The position numbers were made by a program, and so were the translations under genes. The notes beneath the pieces were generated by a model. The model ran no database searches. It was not told where the DNA came from and worked only from the letters and a program-made list of their open reading frames with translations. Positions 10,252-17,457 of a stretch of DNA of 35,872 nt are shown piece by piece. Source of the DNA: a virus (taxonomy: Duplodnaviria; Heunggongvirae; Uroviricota; Caudoviricetes); the IMG/VR virus record IMGVR_UViG_3300036790_000265, positions 64,001 through 99,872 of that record; one strand, written 5' to 3'. Numbering within the stretch: the first letter of the stretch is position 1; each line of letters starts with the position of its first letter.

Positions 10252-10740
10252 TCAGAACGTCGGCCAGGGGGCGTTGAACACCTCACGCAAGATCACCGGG
10301 GCGGCGACAGCGCGGCAGAACTCCAGCGCCGGACCCATGAACGGGTATGTCCGCCCCCAGTCCCCGGTCTCGAGGTAGAACGCGTATTTCGCCGAGTCCG
10401 CAGGCGGCTTGGGATGCGGCTTGTAGTGGTGTTTCGGGAACGCGTACGGCGGCCAGAACCCGGGCACCATCCCGACCATCGCCGTGTACCCACCCAGGAA
10501 CGCGACGGTGGGAGTGTGCGAGATGGTGCGCCGCAGCGTCCCTGACACCACTGCTGGCCCTTGGCCCGGGATCGCTGGTGTCGGCGTGTTCACCGCGTGC
10601 GAGCCGTTGGACGCGTTGATCTTCGCTTGCCGTTCGGTGACGAGCGTCATCATCGTCACGGCACGCTGAGACCGGACCTGCGCCTCAGCGGCCACCGCGT
10701 CGAATATCTCGGTGAAAACCCCGGGTTCGAGTTTGGGCAT
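10252..10740 (-). CDS. HK97 gp10-like tail completion/neck protein (162 aa)
   Basis: Motifs PAVVSGTLRRTI, YAFYLETG and YPFMGPA resemble the HK97-gp10 family. Confidence 0.6.
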   Translation of the reverse strand: MPKLEPGVFTEIFDAVAAEAQVRSQRAVTMMTLVTERQAKINASNGSHAVNTPTPAIPGQGPAVVSGTLRRTISHTPTVAFLGGYTAMVGMVPGFWPPYAFPKHHYKPHPKPPADSAKYAFYLETGDWGRTYPFMGPALEFCRAVAAPVILREVFNAPWPTF

Positions 10741-10743
10741 GGG

Positions 10744-10986
10744 TCACCCCCGGTTAGCTCGGGCCCGTGCCTCCGCTCGCATGAGGAGGAAGTCGATGCA
10801 GTACCGCCTGACGTAAGCAGGGGTTTCCTGGAGGTCGCGGAACGTCCAGCCCATTTCGCGCATCAACTCGAAGTCGGTCAGTTCGGCCGGCGCGGCTTCG
10901 TTACCCGACCACGTGCCGTCGTAGATGCTCGTGGCCGGGGCGTAAACCTCCTCGAAGTACTCCTCGCCCGGGGTTATTGAGGGTTT
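10744..10986 (-). CDS. Tail assembly chaperone frameshift extension (gpT-like, -1 frame)
   Basis: The -1 frame relative to the chaperone ORF is open from 10986 to TGA 10744-10746 and reads ...ELTDFELMREMGWTFRDLQETPAYVRRYCIDFLL.... An X XXY YYZ heptamer (A AAC CCT, 10986-10980) sits just before the chaperone stop. Confidence 0.7.
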   Translation of the reverse strand, partial: KPSITPGEEYFEEVYAPATSIYDGTWSGNEAAPAELTDFELMREMGWTFRDLQETPAYVRRYCIDFLLMRAEARARANRG

Positions 10987-11372
10987 GTGGCCCCCGAGAT
11001 CTTCTTGGTGATCTCGGTGATGATCGCAGTCGGCAGTTTGGCGCTGTTCGCCGCGGTGAACGCCGACTTCTCGTTCGGCAGCAGCCTTGGGACGGTGACG
11101 TCGTTACCGGCGGCGTCGAGCTCGACGTCCTGGGTGGCGTCGTAGACATGCCAGCCGACGATCAGTTTGGCCAGGATGCGGTGCATCGAGTCGACGGCAG
11201 CCTCCGGGTTCGCGGGCATGCCGTCCACGATCGGGGTGTCCTGGTCCGGGGTCAGCTCACCGGGAGGGACGAGCTTCGGGTTCCGGATGGTGATCCAGAT
11301 CAGGTCGCCATCCGGGTCGTCGGACAACTCAGGGAACGGGAGGGTGAGGACACGCTGGGCGTAACCGGACAT
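10974..11372 (-). CDS. Tail assembly chaperone (gpG-like, 132 aa)
   Basis: AGGAG RBS before ATG 11372; lies between tail tube and tape measure; IVGWHVYD motif. Confidence 0.8.
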   Translation of the reverse strand: MSGYAQRVLTLPFPELSDDPDGDLIWITIRNPKLVPPGELTPDQDTPIVDGMPANPEAAVDSMHRILAKLIVGWHVYDATQDVELDAAGNDVTVPRLLPNEKSAFTAANSAKLPTAIITEITKKISGATNPQ

Positions 11373-11420
11373 GGTTCTGCTCCTGGATGAGGGTGACAGG
11401 GTGGTGAGGGGTGGACATGC

Positions 11421-11453
11421 CACAGGCGCGGTCCCGATAGGGCCGCGCCTGTG
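11421..11453 (-). terminator. Strong hairpin after the tail tube gene (attenuator/terminator-like)
   Basis: Perfect 11-bp stem CACAGGCGCGG/CCGCGCCTGTG, extendable by 3 bp. Confidence 0.55.
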
Positions 11454-11472
11454 AGGGGAAAAGGGGATGCGG

Positions 11473-12678
11473 TCAGTAGCCGGCGGTGACCCAGTTTTGG
11501 AGGGACACCTGCGCGACGCCGCCGAGGCTGGAGTCGGTCGCGTTCGTGATGCCGGACAGGTCGAAACTGGCCTGGACGTACTCGCCGCCGAGTTCGCGCT
11601 TGCCGGTCGTGTAACCCGAGCTGGTCAGGGTGATCGCCAGGACAGCGCCGCCGGAAAGGACCGGCTGCGTGACGGTGCACACGGTCGGTTCCTGGGTCGC
11701 CTGCTCGTACAAGTTCATGTCGAGCTGGTTCTCGAAGATGGCCTTGTAGGAGGCGTCGCATTCCAACGCGCCGGGGAAGATTTCGCGGGGCGCCTGGGTG
11801 CCGGTGGACGCGGGGATCGCCTCGACAGCCCGCTTGAGGCTGATGTCCATCGTCATGCCGCGGGTCGAGCTCGCCCCGGCGTTCTGGACGGTCCAGCCCC
11901 AGCCGACGAGCGACTGCGCGTTGCTCGCCGCGTAGGAGAACGTCGATTCGGACTGGGCCGGGAAGCCGAGGAACTTCGGCGCGATGGTGACGTACGCCTT
12001 CGGGTCCAGCTTGATCGACAGGTCGCTGCACACCTGCCCAGGCCAGCCGAGCTGGTCACCCGTGGGGCCGTCATCGGTGGTGAGCGAGTACGTCGGCCAT
12101 ACTGTGCTGAACGTCCTGTTCTGCTGGAACAGGTGAGTAGTCGGAGTGGTCACGCTGCCACCCGCGGCGGTGTGCGCGTACTTGGTGCTGGTGCCCCCGG
12201 TGCCACCGCCGACCACGACCGGCGCGACGTAAGGGTTGCTACCGGTGATGGTGCCGATCTGGACGTACTCCGAATTCACGCCGGCCGCGTCGGCGATCTT
12301 GACGGTGGCGTTCGACCCGGGCGACGCGGTGAACGACAGCGACGTCGCGTTGGCCGCCGAGTTGACGGACAAGGTGGTCGAGATCCCGGCGGTCACGCTG
12401 TCCGGGCCGATCATGGCGCGGAACCAGTAGCCCATCAGGTCCGGGTAGCCGTTCGACTCGATCTCCCACGCGGAGAACCGCACGCCCTGCTGTATCGCCT
12501 GGAGTACGGTGTCGGTCGCGCGGAACGAGGTGTCCTTGAGCGGGTCGACGGTGTTGGTGTACTGGGCCGTGTTGAACGGGATCGAGAATGTCGGCGCCGC
12601 GTAGGTGGCGACACCGTTCGCGGGGGGTGTGCCTTCTTTCGCGCCGCCGAGCTTGGCGAGCCGGGACAGGTAGGTCAT
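11473..12678 (-). CDS. Major tail (tube) protein (401 aa)
   Basis: Position before the chaperones. Motifs LKDTSFR...GYPDLMGYWF and REIFPGALECDASYKAIFE resemble phage tail tube proteins, with a Thr/Gly-rich beta insertion in the middle. Confidence 0.85.
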   Translation of the reverse strand: MTYLSRLAKLGGAKEGTPPANGVATYAAPTFSIPFNTAQYTNTVDPLKDTSFRATDTVLQAIQQGVRFSAWEIESNGYPDLMGYWFRAMIGPDSVTAGISTTLSVNSAANATSLSFTASPGSNATVKIADAAGVNSEYVQIGTITGSNPYVAPVVVGGGTGGTSTKYAHTAAGGSVTTPTTHLFQQNRTFSTVWPTYSLTTDDGPTGDQLGWPGQVCSDLSIKLDPKAYVTIAPKFLGFPAQSESTFSYAASNAQSLVGWGWTVQNAGASSTRGMTMDISLKRAVEAIPASTGTQAPREIFPGALECDASYKAIFENQLDMNLYEQATQEPTVCTVTQPVLSGGAVLAITLTSSGYTTGKRELGGEYVQASFDLSGITNATDSSLGGVAQVSLQNWVTAGY

Positions 12679-12971
12679 GATGCGTCTCCGTCCTGGCCCG
12701 CCCCGCGCCTGCGGCGGCTGGCCTTCGGTGGATTGGCCACGGCCGGGTCGTCGTCTTCCTGGCCGTCGTCGCTCTGCTGGCCCTGGTCGCCGTCGTCGCC
12801 TTCTTCGCCGCTGCCCGCATCCCGGCCGGCGTCGGGGACCTCGCTGTCTTCGGCGTAGAGCTGCGTGCAGCCGGTGACTCGATCGGGGTGCTCGAACTTT
12901 TCGCCGTCGCCGATCACGCGGCCGACGTCGTGGGAGAAGACCGGGTATCCGTGGTCGTTGCGCTGCCGCAT
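12675..12971 (-). CDS. Small hypothetical protein with acidic/Pro-rich tail (98 aa)
   Basis: AGGAGG RBS; its stop overlaps the tail tube ATG (ATGA). Confidence 0.7.
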   Translation of the reverse strand: MRQRNDHGYPVFSHDVGRVIGDGEKFEHPDRVTGCTQLYAEDSEVPDAGRDAGSGEEGDDGDQGQQSDDGQEDDDPAVANPPKASRRRRGAGQDGDAS

Positions 12972-13032
12972 AGGGGCCTCCTGGGCGGGCTAGTGCGGGG
13001 ATGGGATCGCCGGGAGGCGGTGGGGCGGCAGG

Positions 13033-13554
13033 TCAGCCGTTGAACTCGAGGTCGTCGGCGTAGTAAGTGGCCGACGCGCGCAGCGTGGGGTCCCGTTGCA
13101 GGGACACCTCCGGGTCTTCCTTGCGGAACCGGAGTGCCGCACCCCTCGGCACCTGGCCAACGCTGAGGAACCGGCCGCCGTGGGACTTGTCGATCTCGGG
13201 GCCGTCGATCCGCTGCCGCAGCAACTCGAGCGCGATGTCGAGGTTCTGCTGCTCGGTTTCGGCGATCGGCGCAGCGGTGGCTTTGATCGGCCAGTAGACC
13301 TTGACCGTGAAGACGTACTGCGGCCGGAGGCGGACGTTGGCGACCTTCGGGTCGGACCAGTCGCCGTGATCCACGTACACGCCGGTCGCGCGGGCCCGGA
13401 ACTTCGAACCTGGCCAGTACGCCTGCACGACCTCAAACGGTCCGCCGTCGCTGGCCAGGAGCGCAGGCAGGCCGTCACCGGAGGTTTGGAGCCACGCGGC
13501 TTCGCGGGCTACTGCGTCGGCGGTGAACGGCGGGTCGGGCATGGTGAGGCTCAT
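13033..13554 (-). CDS. Probable tail terminator/neck protein
   Basis: ~173 aa at the usual position before the tail tube; ATGA-coupled to the upstream gene; ends in a beta-strand (ASATYYADD). Confidence 0.6.
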   Translation of the reverse strand: MSLTMPDPPFTADAVAREAAWLQTSGDGLPALLASDGGPFEVVQAYWPGSKFRARATGVYVDHGDWSDPKVANVRLRPQYVFTVKVYWPIKATAAPIAETEQQNLDIALELLRQRIDGPEIDKSHGGRFLSVGQVPRGAALRFRKEDPEVSLQRDPTLRASATYYADDLEFNG

Positions 13555-13724
13555 GCCGCGCACCTCGCAAGCGACGGAGGGGCGGCCGGTGGCCGCGGTA
13601 GCGCGGGAACGCCGGCGGGCGGCGGGTCGTCAGGTGATTCCGGAGGCGGCCAGGTCCAGCTCATCGTCTGAGCGATGGGCCAACTGGATGAATCGAGCAG
13701 GTAGGTCACGACGCTGTGTTCCAT
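13551..13724 (-). CDS. Small Pro-rich hypothetical protein (57 aa)
   Basis: GAGGAG RBS overlapping the upstream stop, ATG 13724; its stop is coupled to the next start. Confidence 0.5.
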   Translation of the reverse strand: MEHSVVTYLLDSSSWPIAQTMSWTWPPPESPDDPPPAGVPALPRPPAAPPSLARCAA

Positions 13725-13732
13725 GTGGCTCC

Positions 13733-14419
13733 TCACCAGTCGATCGACCACGCCTCGACGGCGTGCTCGAGTAGCCGGGCCGGCCAGAGCGCGCCCCAGG
13801 AGACGGGCCCGGCGGGGGCGATGGCGACGGCGTGCGGTGCCCAGCCGGGGACGAGCACGACGGCTACCGCCCCTGCGGGCAGCGGCCGGTCGACTGGCCA
13901 CGCGCTGATCGACCGGGGCCGGAAGCCGGCCAGCCCGCGGCCGGCCAGCACGTCCAGGACGTCACCCAGGGCCGCGCCGGCCGTGTCAGTGCCACCAGCG
14001 GCGAAGTGCAACCGGGCCACGTCGTCGCCGCCGGGCCGCCAATACTGAGGAAATTCCTCAGCATTGATCGCGGCCAGCAGCGAGTTCGCGACCGCTGCGG
14101 CACCGCACGCGGGGATCTGATCGTTGCCGCCGAGCAGCCAGCCGTCCGCGGCCGTGCCAGGCCGGGCCCAGCCGACTTGATGGGCCTTCAGGACTTCCTT
14201 GGCTGCCTTGGCCAGTTGGTGTTTGGCCTTGGCCACGTCATGCGCGGCGGTTGTGGTGTGGCCGAGGGTTCGCTCGGCTGCGGCGATCTGGTCGTACGCT
14301 CTCGCCTTGGTGGTGTCTTTCCGGGCGCTGGCCAGGTCGCGGGCGACTTTCTGCGCGTTCGTCAGCGTCGGCCCGGTGATCGACCCCGAGGACGTTTTCG
14401 ACGACTTGGGTTTCTTCAC
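13733..14419 (-). CDS. Basic N-terminal helix plus papain-like/C39-like cysteine peptidase domain (228 aa)
   Basis: LGGNDQIPACGAAAVAN (candidate catalytic Cys), WAPHAVAI (candidate catalytic His), VSWG; starts immediately after the adaptor stop. Confidence 0.55.
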   Translation of the reverse strand: MKKPKSSKTSSGSITGPTLTNAQKVARDLASARKDTTKARAYDQIAAAERTLGHTTTAAHDVAKAKHQLAKAAKEVLKAHQVGWARPGTAADGWLLGGNDQIPACGAAAVANSLLAAINAEEFPQYWRPGGDDVARLHFAAGGTDTAGAALGDVLDVLAGRGLAGFRPRSISAWPVDRPLPAGAVAVVLVPGWAPHAVAIAPAGPVSWGALWPARLLEHAVEAWSIDW

Positions 14420-15106
14420 CTAGTCGTCCTGGACGAATGGTGCGAGCCGGATCAGCGCGTCGGCGTGAAGCTGGTCCGGGTCATGCTGGGTGGTCGCGTC
14501 CGGGTCCAGGTCCCGCACGCAGAAGTAGGCGGCCATGAACCGGCACGCCCGCACCAGTCCCGCGGGGACGGTCTGGTAGCCACCGGAGTAGGTGACCCGC
14601 AGCCGGGAGCCGAGGGGGATGAACTGGCCGAGCTGGAACCAGATGTGCCCTTGGTCGTCGGGGCCGTCGAGAATCTGCGCGGCGCTGAGTGTCTGCGGGG
14701 TGCCACCGTAGGACAGGATCACCTCGACCGTGACGTCGCTGTACGCCCACAGGTCCGCGTACTTCGACCCCGGGTACTGCTCGACCCACATGTGGCGGAC
14801 CAGGTTGGTTGCGCCGATCGACGTGGCGAACGACCAGCCGAGCGTGCCCTGGATCGGCATCGGCAGGCCGGCGGCGTCGGCGTATTCGTCGGCGTCGGTG
14901 GAGTCGGCCCGGTGGGTTTCCTGGAGGCCGGTGAATGGGGCGAGCCTGCGGTGTACCTCGTCTTCGCAGGCGCGGGTGGCCTCGATCATGATGTCGTTGA
15001 GGGCTTCGGTGGTGTACTGGCTGGCCAAGTCCTGGTAGGGGCCTTCGTTGAACTGGTCGGCGGTGCAGAGCGGGGTTACGGTGTCGGCGTCGGGCACGGC
15101 CATCAC
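14420..15106 (-). CDS. Head-to-tail adaptor protein (228 aa)
   Basis: GGAGG RBS; ATRACEDEVHRR...LRVTYSGGYQTVPAGLVRAC pattern typical of gp6/gp15-type adaptors; lies after the capsid gene. Confidence 0.8.
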   Translation of the reverse strand: MMAVPDADTVTPLCTADQFNEGPYQDLASQYTTEALNDIMIEATRACEDEVHRRLAPFTGLQETHRADSTDADEYADAAGLPMPIQGTLGWSFATSIGATNLVRHMWVEQYPGSKYADLWAYSDVTVEVILSYGGTPQTLSAAQILDGPDDQGHIWFQLGQFIPLGSRLRVTYSGGYQTVPAGLVRACRFMAAYFCVRDLDPDATTQHDPDQLHADALIRLAPFVQDD

Positions 15107-15135
15107 CTCCCGGACCTGGTGAGATGATGGGTGGC

Positions 15136-15309
15136 ATGGACGATCAGGTGGTGACGCTCGACTGCGAACCGTTCGACCCGGCCACCATCAGCGCAACCGC
15201 GTGGGTGTGTCCCGGGGACGGCTGGTACGAGTTCCGGCCGGGCCACGCGCCCCGCAAGGTCGGTGATCTAGGCGCGCAGCCAGTCAGGCGTGAACGCCTC
15301 AGCGATTGA
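15136..15309 (+). CDS. Possible leaderless antisense small gene (57 aa)
   Basis: Fills a ~160-bp minus-strand gap. A GATGAT hexamer (15123-15128) lies 7 nt before ATG 15136. The 3' end overlaps the convergent gene by 42 nt. Confidence 0.35.
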   Translation: MDDQVVTLDCEPFDPATISATAWVCPGDGWYEFRPGHAPRKVGDLGAQPVRRERLSD

Positions 15310-15474
15310 GTGGCGGCCGTCCTGCGGGATGGGTGAGCAGCACGCCGGGCAGGGCATCCCGGCGCCGCCACAGTGCCCGCTGTGACCTTCGACGGTGATG
15401 CCCCACGGGTATTGCGGGTGGTCTTCGCACACCAGCCCGTCGTCGAGGCAGTGCAGGCAGCGTGGCGTGGTCAC
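15268..15474 (-). CDS. Small Cys/His-rich (zinc-binding-like) protein (68 aa)
   Basis: CLHC...VCEDHP..PW...HCGGAGMPCPAC pattern. Confidence 0.65.
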   Translation of the reverse strand: MTTPRCLHCLDDGLVCEDHPQYPWGITVEGHSGHCGGAGMPCPACCSPIPQDGRHSIAEAFTPDWLRA

Positions 15475-15489
15475 GGAGGCTGTTCCGGC

Positions 15490-15825
15490 CTACCCGGCCG
15501 CCTTCGCGGTGGCGCGGCCCCGGCCGCGAGTGGTGGTCTTGGCCTTGGTCTCGGTCTCGGTTTCCGCTGCCGGGTCCTGGTCGCCGTCCTGGGCGTCCGG
15601 GTCGGCCTCGGCCACCTTCTCGCTGTCGCCGGGGTCCGGTTCGGTGACCTTGGTCTTCTTGGCCGGCGCAGGCTCCCCTTCGCTGTAGCCGCCACCCTGG
15701 ATGGCCAGCAGTGCCATGCCCAGATCGTCGGGGACCTCCACGATGTCGCCGTCGTGTTCCCACGTGTAGGAGACGCGCATGTGGGTGATCGAGCAACCAC
15801 CCTGGTCCTTGCGTAGCAGCATCAC
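15490..15825 (-). CDS. Small capsid-associated hypothetical protein with charged tail (~111 aa)
   Basis: AAGGGA RBS before GTG/ATG 15825/15822; directly after the capsid gene; TWEHDGDIVEVPDDLG followed by a low-complexity tail. Confidence 0.65.
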   Translation of the reverse strand: MMLLRKDQGGCSITHMRVSYTWEHDGDIVEVPDDLGMALLAIQGGGYSEGEPAPAKKTKVTEPDPGDSEKVAEADPDAQDGDQDPAAETETETKAKTTTRGRGRATAKAAG

Positions 15826-15920
15826 GGTTTCCCTTGCTCGGGGCGGAAGTGGGAGGGGTGGAACTGGCCGCCCCGGCAGGGAGCAGTGACTGTCGGGGCG
15901 GCCAGGCTCAGGAGGCCGGG

Positions 15921-17306
15921 TTAGGCGGAGACGCTGCACCGGTAGCCGCGGCCGACAAACTTGGGCGTGCGGACCGCGAGGCAGCAGTCGCCCATGATCG
16001 CGAACGGCAGCGAGTCGGGCGAGCTGGCCGTCGGGTAAATGTCCAGCGGCCGGGCTTCCCTGACGTACGGGCGGACGATGTTGCCGGGGTCGCGGGACAT
16101 CAGGTAGATGTTCTCCTCACCCGCGCCGGGAGGCAGCATGTTCGCGTTCTGGCCGATGTAGGCGGCCGGCAGCGGGTTCGGCACCACGGAACCCACAGAC
16201 TGCTGCGGGATCAGCGCCGACCCCGTGTCGACGATCTGGTTGGTGTAGATCGGGGTCACGCCATCGGTGTTCAGGCCCACCGTCGCGTCCACGTAGCCGA
16301 GGAGCGTCTCCGAGCCTGGGGCGCCGTTCGCGGCGGTCCGCCACACCTTGTACAGCTGCGCCGACGCGCCGTCCTGGCCGGTGGGCGGGGTGAACGACAG
16401 GGTGATCGTGTTCGCGTTCCCGCCGGAACCGACCGTCTCCGACACCTCAGCGGAGGGCAGGATCTCTCCCTGCCGGGCGATGATCGGGCTGATCATGTAC
16501 CGGTAGGTGGTGGACGCGGCGATCGACCCGCCCGTCGTGGCGGTGGCCGCGGTGACCGCATCCATGCTGTAGCCGCGCGTGGACAGGAACGAGGACGCGA
16601 CGATCGGCACCCGCTTGTAGGTGGGGACGATCAGCCCGGCCGCGACCTCGACATCGTTGTACCGCTGCTGCGCCGTGAGCAGTTGCCCGATCCTCGCCTC
16701 GACGGTGGTCGAGCACACGAACATCCACGACGGGTCCGACACCGGCTCAGCGGCGTTACCCGACACCATGTCGATCAGCTCGTCGAGGGTGGCGAGGCTG
16801 AACGACCGGCCGGCGTAGTCGATGACGTTCTGGCTGCCGCCGGGGCCGAACGCGTTGATCTGGGTGTCCAGACCGTCGAACTGAGGCTGCGCACCATTCG
16901 CGGTCGAGGCGCTGTTGCCCCAGCCCATGAACGTTTCGCAGTCCCAGTAGTAGCCCTTGATCGCGCCGTTGATTTCAGTGGCACGCAGGTCTTCGATGAC
17001 CTCCTGCGTGACCTCCTGCGCGTAACCGGTGACGGAGCCCACGGCCTGGATGTGGGCCATCTGGAACTCGTTCTGGTTGTACGTGCTGGTGGACACCGGC
17101 CGGGCGCCACCGTCAGGGACGGCACCGCCCTGGACCACGACGGTCCGGGTGTTGAAGAAGTAGGTCGTGCTGTTCCACTTCTTGGTGGGGATGGACCGGC
17201 ACCAGGGCGCGAAACGCCGCTGGTACTCCACCAGAACCGGGTCGATGATCTTGGGGACGAATGGGGCTGCACCGGCAGCGGTCAGCGCCTCGCGAAGCTC
17301 AGACAT
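15921..17306 (-). CDS. Major capsid protein (SU10/DUF5309-like, 461 aa) with an internal Ig/FN3-like insertion
   Basis: GGAAGGGA RBS, ATG 17306 (MSELREAL). HK97-fold-like motifs (QFDGL, LDELIDMV, VPIVASSFL) flank a ~140-aa beta-rich insertion (TYRYMISP...ITLSFT...YKVWRT). Confidence 0.88.
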   Translation of the reverse strand: MSELREALTAAGAAPFVPKIIDPVLVEYQRRFAPWCRSIPTKKWNSTTYFFNTRTVVVQGGAVPDGGARPVSTSTYNQNEFQMAHIQAVGSVTGYAQEVTQEVIEDLRATEINGAIKGYYWDCETFMGWGNSASTANGAQPQFDGLDTQINAFGPGGSQNVIDYAGRSFSLATLDELIDMVSGNAAEPVSDPSWMFVCSTTVEARIGQLLTAQQRYNDVEVAAGLIVPTYKRVPIVASSFLSTRGYSMDAVTAATATTGGSIAASTTYRYMISPIIARQGEILPSAEVSETVGSGGNANTITLSFTPPTGQDGASAQLYKVWRTAANGAPGSETLLGYVDATVGLNTDGVTPIYTNQIVDTGSALIPQQSVGSVVPNPLPAAYIGQNANMLPPGAGEENIYLMSRDPGNIVRPYVREARPLDIYPTASSPDSLPFAIMGDCCLAVRTPKFVGRGYRCSVSA

Positions 17307-17349
17307 GAGCGTGTTCCCTTCCGGGCGGGGTCTGGGGTTTGGGCATGCG

Positions 17350-17379
17350 AAAGCCCCGGCCATGTGGGTTGGCCGGGGC
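17350..17379 (-). terminator. Hairpin with short U tail upstream of the capsid gene
   Basis: 10-bp stem GCCCCGGCCA/TGGCCGGGGC followed by TTT on the minus strand. Confidence 0.5.
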
Positions 17380-17457
17380 CTGGCGACCGTCTCCGCCGGA
17401 AGGGGCACCAGCGCGCGGGGCGCTGGCGGTCAGGTGATGCTTGCGGGGGTGTTCAGG

